Shown in pieces: positions 30,901 to 38,493 of a stretch of DNA of 64,000 nt. Under the pieces are notes generated by a model, which saw only the letters and a list, made by a program, of their open reading frames with translations, did no database searches and was not told where the DNA came from. Origin of the DNA: a virus; IMG/VR virus record IMGVR_UViG_3300027782_000032, positions 1-64,000 of that record, one strand, 5' to 3'. The first letter of the stretch is position 1. Every line of letters begins with the position of its first letter. The position numbers and the translations under genes were made by a program.

Positions 30901-33151
30901 AGTAGTCGTGCTTAACTTTGTCAGCGTCGTACTCGTTGTAAGCTGTTGACGCCTCTTTAATCTCACGGAACAAAGGTGCAAATCTTTCTTGTACCTTATC
31001 TTTTGGTACAAAGTTAAGTACAGCTGCTGCAGCATCTGAAGCGCTAGTTTTACTGTTTGCGTTCCTTACAAAGTCAGTAAGTCTTTGTGTAAGGTCGGTC
31101 TTACCAACATCTGCAAGCATAGACTCAAACCCACTCTGCTGCTGAACTTCAGCGCTGCTTATCCTAGCTTCCTCTAACACCCTAGTGCTTAGAGTAGCCT
31201 GAGCATCAGGAAGTGATTGGTAACCTGAGGACTTAGCCCACTGAAGTGATGAGTCGGCTATACCGCCTGCTGCTGATGCTAGGAATCTTTCGTCTGATGG
31301 TTTATCAAACTTGAATCCCCTCTTTCTAAGACTACTTTCAAGAGATTTCCTAATTGTTACTTCAGGCTTACCTATCTCATCTTTAGGAGCGTTAATTAAC
31401 GCTTCTGCAGCTTCTTTGTTAATTTCGTTAGCTGTAGCTTGGTCTGTGAAAGCTGACTTTACGTCTTTGCTAACACCTTCCATAGCCTTATCGTCTTTTG
31501 AATACCTAGCAAAGTTCATGCTGTTTCTATCGGATAACTCTGTAATAGCTCCAGCATTCTGCATAGGCCTTCCTACGTTTGATCCCATGTTGTACTTAAA
31601 CATGTACTCTTCGTTAGCTTCTTGAGTTGCTTGTAAGTCTTGAACTAAAGATACAGGCATACCGCTTTTTAAAAGGAATTCACTTACTCCTCCTGGCTGC
31701 CTAGACAATTCGCTTAGGGTTTTCTTTATCTTGTTTCCCTTGGCATCTGTAGTTTCATAGACTCCACCAGACGACGGGTTTGTTATAGCTTTGTATACTG
31801 ATTCTAGTTCTGAGCCTTCGGTAGGCTTAAACTTATATCTATCAACTGCTCTAGCTATGTTAGCTATTTGATTTACCCTAGGGTCCTTTAAGGCTTGAGT
31901 GTTAAGCTGCTGTTGAATGTCCATAATTTTGTCAGAAGAGCTAAGACCAAAGGCTGTAACGCCTCCATACATACGCTTAGACGCGTCATTCTCTAGAACT
32001 GACTGGTTTGTAGTACCAGGCACGAATACTCTATTTACACCCATCCTGTCAGCCATTCCAGCAGAGGCTCCCATAAGCCTAAACATCTCTGGCATTTCTA
32101 TGCCGGCTGCCTTAGCTGTGTTAGAGGTATCTCTAACCATCTTTTCAAGTTTGTGAGGTTCCATTCCTTGCATGTTAGCTTGAGTTAAAGTTTCTATAGC
32201 TCCTACAAGCTGAGACATTGGAGCATTGCTTTCTCCCATCTCTCCAAACACTTCTTGCATAGCCGCAACAGCCTTTGACATACCTTTAAGTCTTCCAGCT
32301 ATTTTATCTGCATCAAACTGTCTTAACCTAGCGTCTAAGTCTGGCATGTTAGATACTTCACCTACTGTCTTGTCAAGCTGCTCAGCTATTTTACGAATAC
32401 CCTCTCCTCTGCCGCCGCTATTAGGCATAGCTCCTCTACGTTGAAGCTCGTCGTATAGTGCGCCTGTTTTACCTGCTGTAAGCCCATTCATCTGAGACAC
32501 TTCAGCTCTATCGCCGTACAACCTTTCGTACACATTCTTGCTCAGCTCTCCTACAGAGTTGGCGCTCATTCCTCGCCTTCCTGTAACTGGGTCGGTGGCG
32601 TACCTTGCACCCTTGAACATGTTCTGAGCCATAACAGTGGCAGAACCTCTAGTACCGTTAAGACTGTCTACAAAGTCAGGAGCAAACTGCGCAGCCATAG
32701 GCATAAAGCCGCTGATAGTCTCAGCCAGCTGGTTGGCTGACTCACGCTCACGGGCTCCAAACCTTTGTCCTGTAAGCGCTGCTGTTCCTTGGATCATTTT
32801 AAAGATGGAGCCTTTGTCTACCTGAGACGCGTTGCCCATAGCTATGGACTGTCCCCTTAAAGCATCACCCATTCTCATTTGGCTATATAGATTACCTCCA
32901 GCCGAGAACTGAGCAGGCATGTATTTGTTGCCTATAAAGCTGGTTAGTAATGGCTGCATTATGGTATTGAGCATAAGGCTCATACCTGGGTCTTGTGTTC
33001 CTATTAAGCTTGCTATGTTAAAAGAGTCACCTATAGCTCCTAGTTTTCTTCCTTGGGCTATAGGAGGCTGCGCTATATTCTGAGCAAACGTATTAGGTAC
33101 AGGTGCGAACTCAGCGTACTGAGAAGCGTAGTTAGGTGTGTTGTAGGCCAA
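27959..33151 (-). CDS. Tail tape measure protein
   Basis: 1730 aa, Ala/Lys/Glu-rich and helical, no Cys; lies between the chaperone-like pair and the baseplate genes. Confidence 0.8.
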   Translation of the reverse strand: MAYNTPNYASQYAEFAPVPNTFAQNIAQPPIAQGRKLGAIGDSFNIASLIGTQDPGMSLMLNTIMQPLLTSFIGNKYMPAQFSAGGNLYSQMRMGDALRGQSIAMGNASQVDKGSIFKMIQGTAALTGQRFGARERESANQLAETISGFMPMAAQFAPDFVDSLNGTRGSATVMAQNMFKGARYATDPVTGRRGMSANSVGELSKNVYERLYGDRAEVSQMNGLTAGKTGALYDELQRRGAMPNSGGRGEGIRKIAEQLDKTVGEVSNMPDLDARLRQFDADKIAGRLKGMSKAVAAMQEVFGEMGESNAPMSQLVGAIETLTQANMQGMEPHKLEKMVRDTSNTAKAAGIEMPEMFRLMGASAGMADRMGVNRVFVPGTTNQSVLENDASKRMYGGVTAFGLSSSDKIMDIQQQLNTQALKDPRVNQIANIARAVDRYKFKPTEGSELESVYKAITNPSSGGVYETTDAKGNKIKKTLSELSRQPGGVSEFLLKSGMPVSLVQDLQATQEANEEYMFKYNMGSNVGRPMQNAGAITELSDRNSMNFARYSKDDKAMEGVSKDVKSAFTDQATANEINKEAAEALINAPKDEIGKPEVTIRKSLESSLRKRGFKFDKPSDERFLASAAGGIADSSLQWAKSSGYQSLPDAQATLSTRVLEEARISSAEVQQQSGFESMLADVGKTDLTQRLTDFVRNANSKTSASDAAAAVLNFVPKDKVQERFAPLFREIKEASTAYNEYDADKVKHDYLNNAIALNDAELAKPGITEDKRRQLEGERNQLKDQLIKSDLATTGGVDSTYASIVNEAKKNSKDYEATARSNINSFKDRHGVTADEAKTKSTRELALIGKGTKQAELKTILEKAGIEFTAAGFMSNATGGLKEVNDINKQINNADPGEAAYGLDMARNFLDRYTTNEGGLLEKGGKKGLEIRDKAAIALNRISNSSNELGVTREEYMNKDLSRVNFNFKDLQAENKDDINVLTELSSTVPGMALTARANLTAQVKTLSESKDPKDLRKAERLQGLLDIKSENLGAAKDKATKLSESLTEGSEKAIKAAYKSFTEAEAAKKSNDTAIDKYIEATGLDKLNIKKDSLAAAVEPTDEERSKVLRLRAALSNEKSPKERDKIKEEISKVIKDSGAQESKFKTLTGSDRDEALRLVARTSPMSDDERKKKQSYDLDNSIKEATSTFNERDKDELKKLEDKKRESASSKVVELTKEFGREFDAENKNAVSQLLNKYSSVQELQMFSNDDSQKSEDIRNILKLSGYTSKNKDQQKADLAQLYNVNKAEQAGIKYGESFVIKDGKAVRATDAEVESGNFINLKQYEEGGSRHRKYIDNLRIGYKKEDIKPGQFDEFKNKEFTDKDKARHQELVDKKKSRELLLKGRFKSEADIAEFEAITAKSEGGAGLTDEETARYKALQEKSGLSPEDFKSLPIILRTEDERRKQLKDPKVQAKIKEYINKGKILDKDKEAALEKMAGFNASAKAAVLGKDSYAKLSTAETDHLTSLLTDLSVQNYSGEGPKLSDKQRENIDKAKAIMIQDVGKAKSPMQFFQEEFNVSKEAFYGKKFEGKSFGDVSTGDQREAFNRVSSSLSYAAREAFDLSGKTNTNASPQERLKELRKLLSTPDANLNKQQLALKSGVAAQGYVEANMISEGGELVTKEVNAKVRATDAKIKKENMLQGKEGDPSFQSGKMVAVIDSKQPLVFSGKMDIFKGMISGLLNSSKQ
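28407..28421. repeat. Dispersed palindrome copy 3
   Basis: GTGGAGACGTCTCCA inside the tape measure gene (GDVST). Confidence 0.95.
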
Positions 33152-33172
33152 GTCTATAACCCTCCTGGCTAG

Positions 33173-33469
33173 TTACTTAGTCTTCTTAGGATCTAACCAC
33201 GGCATAGAAGCGTCTGAATAGTCTTGCACCAAGTTTCCTATGGTATCCCAAGCTTCATTGAACAAATCAGCAGTACCGTAGCCCAAGGCACCAGTATACC
33301 TTAAAATTGCAAGTTTAACCACTTCTGCAGATTTATTTGCAGTGTAAGACTTGGCAAGCCATTTTAGCTTGAGCTGCCACTTGCGATCGAGAAGGTTAGC
33401 GTCTTTGAAGTCGACGATTCCTTTGGCGGCCATCTCTATTAATACAGAGTTTACTCGATCGCTTTCCAA
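33173..33469 (-). CDS. Putative tail assembly chaperone, downstream part (possible -1 frameshift extension)
   Basis: 98 aa; TTG start without a clear RBS; overlaps the upstream ORF in the -1 frame; directly before the tape measure gene. Confidence 0.45.
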   Translation of the reverse strand: MESDRVNSVLIEMAAKGIVDFKDANLLDRKWQLKLKWLAKSYTANKSAEVVKLAILRYTGALGYGTADLFNEAWDTIGNLVQDYSDASMPWLDPKKTK

Positions 33470-34683
33470 AAAGTCGGAGACTCGGCCATTACCTGTAGCT
33501 TGTCACATAGAGACTGAAACTCGAAGTACGCATGCCCTATAATCGACCTTGTGCTTTCTAGTGGTAGGTAGTTGTCAAGAACGTGATTCAAAAATGGAAC
33601 CAGCTTGTTTTGAAGCTTTATAGGTCCTGAGTCAGGCATCTCGATTTCTGCTTCTTCTAATGAAGGAATACTAACCCTGCCGTAATCTACAGACTCTATG
33701 CTGTCTAAAGACATCACCATTCTATAGGCTTGAAGGTTTCTCCAGTAGAAGTCGGTACCGCCAATAATCCTGCTGTTATAGTCCAGCTGTCCGTCTATTA
33801 CTATCTGCCGGTAAGCTATGTCAGCTTCCTTAGTGGTTATAGCTTTAAACACAACCTTGTACTTACCATCAAACATTTCATATGATTTCTTAAACCTTAT
33901 ACTTCCTAAAATAGATTGAACAAAATCAAACTTATCTTCAGGAGTTACGTCAGTTAAGTCTTCTCTCTTAAGGTCCCACCCGCAGTGAGGGCAGTTAGGC
34001 ATTAAGCTAATAGCAGACGGCTGGTATTCCTGAGCTGGAGCAGTGTATTCCACGTGAGGTCTTGGCTCCTCTTTATAAGTCTGAGGCCTAGAAGCTTCAG
34101 CTGCAGGTGATGCTATGTCATTTATGAATGATAAGTTGTTTTCTTTGTATACTGGCTTGGCTGCTTCAGGTTTAGTGGAGACGTCTCCACTAATAACAAC
34201 AGGTTCTTCTTTTTTAACTATCTCCTCTTTTTTAACAGGCTCAGGCTCATTAGGCTTAAGGTGGTCTGGTAAAATTGGAGGTTTGAATGGGTTAGCCTTA
34301 TCTACTGACCTCTTAAAAGCATCATCATGCATCTTTTTTAACGAGTCGTATCTTTCCTTGTCAGACACTATCTCGTTTAGAAGCGCCATACCCTCTTCTA
34401 TTTGCCTTCTTTGCTGAGCTGAAACTTTATCAAGAGAAACAGGAGTTTTAACTTTTTGAAGTAGGTTTCTATAGGCCGCCATATCCTGCTCAGATGCCTC
34501 TTCCTCTACTGCAGGTTTGACTTCTTCTTTTTCAGGCTTAGTTGGTGATACCTCTTCTATTGCTTTTTGAAGCTCTTCAAGCTTTCCTTCTTTTTGAAGC
34601 ATTAAAGCTTTTATTTCAAAATCCGTAAGAGAAGACAGCTTAGCCTTACCAGCTAGCGGTGGGTCTTTCTCATTCTCACTCAT
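33451..34683 (-). CDS. Putative tail/baseplate assembly chaperone with CxxC
   Basis: 410 aa; low-complexity charged N-terminal half, CPHCG, globular C-terminal domain; synteny. Confidence 0.4.
   Translation of the reverse strand: MSENEKDPPLAGKAKLSSLTDFEIKALMLQKEGKLEELQKAIEEVSPTKPEKEEVKPAVEEEASEQDMAAYRNLLQKVKTPVSLDKVSAQQRRQIEEGMALLNEIVSDKERYDSLKKMHDDAFKRSVDKANPFKPPILPDHLKPNEPEPVKKEEIVKKEEPVVISGDVSTKPEAAKPVYKENNLSFINDIASPAAEASRPQTYKEEPRPHVEYTAPAQEYQPSAISLMPNCPHCGWDLKREDLTDVTPEDKFDFVQSILGSIRFKKSYEMFDGKYKVVFKAITTKEADIAYRQIVIDGQLDYNSRIIGGTDFYWRNLQAYRMVMSLDSIESVDYGRVSIPSLEEAEIEMPDSGPIKLQNKLVPFLNHVLDNYLPLESTRSIIGHAYFEFQSLCDKLQVMAESPTFWKAIE
34172..34193. repeat. Dispersed palindrome copy 4 (22-bp perfect palindrome)
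   Basis: TTAGTGGAGACGTCTCCACTAA. Confidence 0.95.
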
Positions 34684-34702
34684 AGCATCCCCAGTCCTTT
34701 AG

Positions 34703-37354
34703 TTAGCCTATGATCTTGTAAAAGCCATCAGGAACGTTTCTGATCTCCGTCCCAGGGTTCTTGTTATCCTCTATTTCGTAATTTGGAACAAGGTCATAAA
34801 ACTTCAAATCAACCCATCTTAATGCGGTTGGGTCTATCCACGCTCCATACCCAGGCCAAGGGTATGTCAAAGATCCAAGATAAGGTACAGGCTTTTCGAG
34901 CCAGCCTTGAGCACTTCCTCCAAGAAGCCTATCTCTTTGCTGCCACCTGCTCTCGTATATTCTGAATCCGTCTGCTTTGTATCCGCTTGTAGAATCGAAG
35001 TAAAACGCCACCTTTCCCCATCCGCCGCTAGGATTAGCATCGCCTATTCTTCCAGCTTCCCTAAACGGAAGGTTTATCGCATTCTCATACGCATCAGCTC
35101 CCATGTTTACAACCTTATCTTCTGCTTCCCTTATCTTTTCAAGTTCTTCATCTGCTTTTTGAGCTGCAGTCTGTCCGTTACCTACGTCTTGGCTTAAGTC
35201 GCCTACAAAACCGCTATAGTCCTTAGCTAGTGCTGTGGCTATATGGCCTGTAGTAGATATGAAGTGGTTTCTGCAAGCCATGTATCCAAGGCATGCCATT
35301 GTACCTGTAGAGTAAGTTGGAGACCCTAGTAAAGTGCTTTGATTACTAAAGACATTTGAACCTGAGTAATTTCCGTCTGAACCAAAGAAATCGTACCTAG
35401 ATTCTGTCATAAAGTTAGCGGTTACTCTAGCTGACAGAACTATATCCCCAGCCGCATTACCTCCTGCATCTATAACTATGTTGCTGGACGCGCCGCTAGA
35501 CCCAGACCTTATGTAAACCTCCATCTCTGCTAGTGTGCTCACCTGACCTGCTGATTTTAAAACTATACCCTGCTGGCTAGGACACTTGTTCTCTATAAGC
35601 AATTTACCTTCTGACTTGCCGTTACCTGCTAGCATGAAGAGGTCTTTTTCAGCTTTAATTCTTACGTCTGCATCGCTAGAAGATATATCAACTGAATGCT
35701 TGGATCTTAGACAAGTTGATCTACCAACAAGAGATACTAGATTCCTCCCTGGTCTAAGCTGAATATCTCCAGGACAGCTCAACTCTATCGAGCCTCCTAC
35801 CATCCTTATCTCTTCACCGTTAGGTCCAGCTATTACGATAGTACCGTCAGGTAATATCTTAAAATAAGACATTAGCTTGTTATACTTAGCTTTGTATCTG
35901 TGATCTACCGTTTTTGTAACTGTACTGGCAGGGTCTATGTACCACTGGCCAGACAACTGTCCGTATGATGGGCTCTCTTCTTTCTCTGGAGGCTCAATTT
36001 TATTAAAGTCATTTTCATGGTACTTAAATGGATGCTCGTTTCTCCATGCAAACGCGTACGCTGTGTCGTCATCAGCGCACAAAGATCTTCCTGGATATGA
36101 CTCAGCGTCTATGGGCGTGTCAGAAAGTCGGTGGTCTTTTCCTGACCCAGATAGCCCTGAAAACTTATAGTTCTGTCTAGTATCGCCTTCCAGTTCGTTT
36201 TCTATTCTAGCTTTTCTAACTGGCGGCTTGTATAGCGGAGAGTGCGCTATAGTTATTCCTTGAGATGACCTAATGTGATAGTTACCGTCTAGTGAAAGGT
36301 GTTGCTCCCACACTGACTCTCCGGTAGCTCCTCCTAGCTTGTTAACTCCTGACGCTCCGTCAGGTGGTAGCCTTAAAGTAGTTCTAAATCCTTGACCAAG
36401 GTATCCTGTGTACGTCTGTAGTCTATAGTAGGGAACTTGATCATCCTTTTCCTCTGAGCTTACTATGTCAGCAGCTCCTAGATAAGGCCTGTCAACCTGC
36501 TCGTCTCTAGCTGATATAGTCTTTGAAGATGGAGTACCTAAATCAAACGCTCCTACGCCTTCCCAAGAGTAAGGAGTAGTGCCTACGTACCCTACAGCTT
36601 CTCCGTTATCGTCAAAATGCTCTTGCTCGTAGCTGCCTGCACGTATTTGAATGTTATGACCTTGCATTCTTGCTAGCTGGTCGAAGTGGAACGACCAGAA
36701 GCCGCAGTTTTCATCTGCTTTGATAAATGCCATGAATGGGTCTATAAACACTGAGGTTCCTGTCTCGCACACCCAGCCCCTCTCACCTACTAGAGTAGAA
36801 TCAAGCGGAGCTCCATTTGAAAAGTTTACAAGGAACTCAGGATCTATAGCTGACATAAGAGTATTGGTTGATTCTGAAGACACTGAATGGCCAGAAGCCA
36901 TAGTGATGGTCTCTGCAAGCACATCAGCCACGTCATTCATTATTTCAGGGTCTGAACCTAATATTGTGCCACAAGCGGTGTTGTCGTTGCTTATGAAGTA
37001 AACTTTAGTGTGAGGCTGCAAAGATCCTATTCTTCTAGCCCCCAAAGGAGACTGAGACGAATCAGAAATAAGGCTGCACATTAGCGGAGCACCACCGTCG
37101 AAGGCTATAACTTTATAGCATCCCCAAAAAGGCAACGCCTCTGCTATTACACCACACCTAACTAGACTTGTATGAGATAGGTCTAGTTTGTGTGAAGTCC
37201 CTGTAGAGTATATATCGCTGTCGTTTTTAGACGGCCTAGACAAAGGGTTTGTAGACCCAATATAGGCTGATGTGTTACCTATAGAGCTTTCAACGTTGCT
37301 TATGAATTTATCAAAAAACACACCAAAGTTATTTTCGTTTGAAGATTCAGCCAT
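34703..37354 (-). CDS. Baseplate central spike, gp5/VgrG-like
   Basis: 883 aa. OB-fold-like N-terminal region, later beta-helix-like repeats (FKILPDGTIVIAGPNGEEIRMVGGSIELSCPGDIQLRPGRN...). No lysozyme motif seen. Confidence 0.6.
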   Translation of the reverse strand: MAESSNENNFGVFFDKFISNVESSIGNTSAYIGSTNPLSRPSKNDSDIYSTGTSHKLDLSHTSLVRCGVIAEALPFWGCYKVIAFDGGAPLMCSLISDSSQSPLGARRIGSLQPHTKVYFISNDNTACGTILGSDPEIMNDVADVLAETITMASGHSVSSESTNTLMSAIDPEFLVNFSNGAPLDSTLVGERGWVCETGTSVFIDPFMAFIKADENCGFWSFHFDQLARMQGHNIQIRAGSYEQEHFDDNGEAVGYVGTTPYSWEGVGAFDLGTPSSKTISARDEQVDRPYLGAADIVSSEEKDDQVPYYRLQTYTGYLGQGFRTTLRLPPDGASGVNKLGGATGESVWEQHLSLDGNYHIRSSQGITIAHSPLYKPPVRKARIENELEGDTRQNYKFSGLSGSGKDHRLSDTPIDAESYPGRSLCADDDTAYAFAWRNEHPFKYHENDFNKIEPPEKEESPSYGQLSGQWYIDPASTVTKTVDHRYKAKYNKLMSYFKILPDGTIVIAGPNGEEIRMVGGSIELSCPGDIQLRPGRNLVSLVGRSTCLRSKHSVDISSSDADVRIKAEKDLFMLAGNGKSEGKLLIENKCPSQQGIVLKSAGQVSTLAEMEVYIRSGSSGASSNIVIDAGGNAAGDIVLSARVTANFMTESRYDFFGSDGNYSGSNVFSNQSTLLGSPTYSTGTMACLGYMACRNHFISTTGHIATALAKDYSGFVGDLSQDVGNGQTAAQKADEELEKIREAEDKVVNMGADAYENAINLPFREAGRIGDANPSGGWGKVAFYFDSTSGYKADGFRIYESRWQQRDRLLGGSAQGWLEKPVPYLGSLTYPWPGYGAWIDPTALRWVDLKFYDLVPNYEIEDNKNPGTEIRNVPDGFYKIIG

Positions 37355-37371
37355 TGTAGGTATCCAATCAT

Positions 37372-37416
37372 AAAAAAGAACTGCCGTACGCCCCTATTGT
37401 GAGGTGTACGGCAGTT
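37372..37416 (-). terminator. Rho-independent terminator after the tube genes
   Basis: 11-bp stem AACTGCCGTAC/GTACGGCAGTT followed by CTTTTTT on the minus strand. Confidence 0.85.
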
Positions 37417-37442
37417 ATTTTCAATAGCACTAAACGTATAGA

Positions 37443-37937
37443 CTACTTGTACTCATACTCTAGGTCTGTCATAATTCCTTGAATCTGGGAGTTAATAAGA
37501 TTATCTTGAGCGGCTATGGAGAATCCTACACTTGAAAGAAGTACTCCAGTTAGATTAAGAGTTAGGTCACCTGTGCCAACCCCAGTTCCGGCTGCGAGTT
37601 CTGGGGGATTATCAACATCGCAGAATGCGCCAGGAATCAGTAATGTAAGTCTTCTATCTCCAGTACAAGGATTAGCTAAGGATGTAACTTGGTCTAATGC
37701 AGCCGACCCAAATCCTAAAATTTGAGTAGCGCTAAACGTACCATTAGCCTTACCAACAACATAATATCTATTGTTAGAGCCGACTTCAAAAAGAGGCTGT
37801 ATAGGCTGTTGATGTGAAACCTGAAGGTTCTGTATTAGAGTAAGAGGGCCGCCACCAAAGCTTAAGGACGTCCCTAGGGTAGTCCTAAAAGCTCCCCTGT
37901 ATACTCCTTGAGAGTCTTTTCCAAATATTGATGCCAT
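37443..37937 (-). CDS. Tail tube protein, paralog 2
   Basis: 164 aa after the sheath gene; LIQNLQVSHQQPIQPLFEVGSN motif. Confidence 0.7.
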   Translation of the reverse strand: MASIFGKDSQGVYRGAFRTTLGTSLSFGGGPLTLIQNLQVSHQQPIQPLFEVGSNNRYYVVGKANGTFSATQILGFGSAALDQVTSLANPCTGDRRLTLLIPGAFCDVDNPPELAAGTGVGTGDLTLNLTGVLLSSVGFSIAAQDNLINSQIQGIMTDLEYEYK

Positions 37938-37958
37938 GGCTACTTACCTTCCGTGTTG

Positions 37959-38438
37959 TTATGGGTTAATGTTAGCGTCAGTGTATTCCAAGTCTACCAT
38001 AATACCGCTTACATTAGAGTTGATAAGGTTGTCCTGTGATGCCACAGTAAACCCTACCTGTTGAACCAAAACCCCTCTTAAAGAAAGGCTAAGGCTGCCA
38101 CCAGTCTTACCATCTACGGTACAGTAAGAGTTAGGAATAAGGAGATTAAGTTGACGATTACCTACGCAAGGGTTAGCAAGCTCAGTAATGCCGTTTAAAG
38201 CTTCGTTGCCGAAGCCAAGGACTTGGCCGATGGTAAAAGTACCACCGGCTTTGCCTACTACATAGAATCGCTTGTTAGAGCCAACTTCGAAAAGAGGCTG
38301 TACAGGCTGTTGATGTGAAACCTGAAGGTTCTGTACCAAGGTAAGGTCCTTGCCTGCAAACTTTAAAGCAGTCCCGGCAGTTGTCCTAAACGCGCCTTGA
38401 TAATTAGCTGCAGAGTTTTCGCCAAATATTGAAGCCAT
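37959..38438 (-). CDS. Tail tube protein, paralog 1
   Basis: 159 aa directly after the sheath gene; LVQNLQVSHQQPVQPLFEVGSN motif. Confidence 0.72.
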   Translation of the reverse strand: MASIFGENSAANYQGAFRTTAGTALKFAGKDLTLVQNLQVSHQQPVQPLFEVGSNKRFYVVGKAGGTFTIGQVLGFGNEALNGITELANPCVGNRQLNLLIPNSYCTVDGKTGGSLSLSLRGVLVQQVGFTVASQDNLINSNVSGIMVDLEYTDANINP

Positions 38439-38493
38439 TATAGTTTCTCCTATTTACCTGTTTATGCCTTAACTTAGACAATTAGCCTAATGT

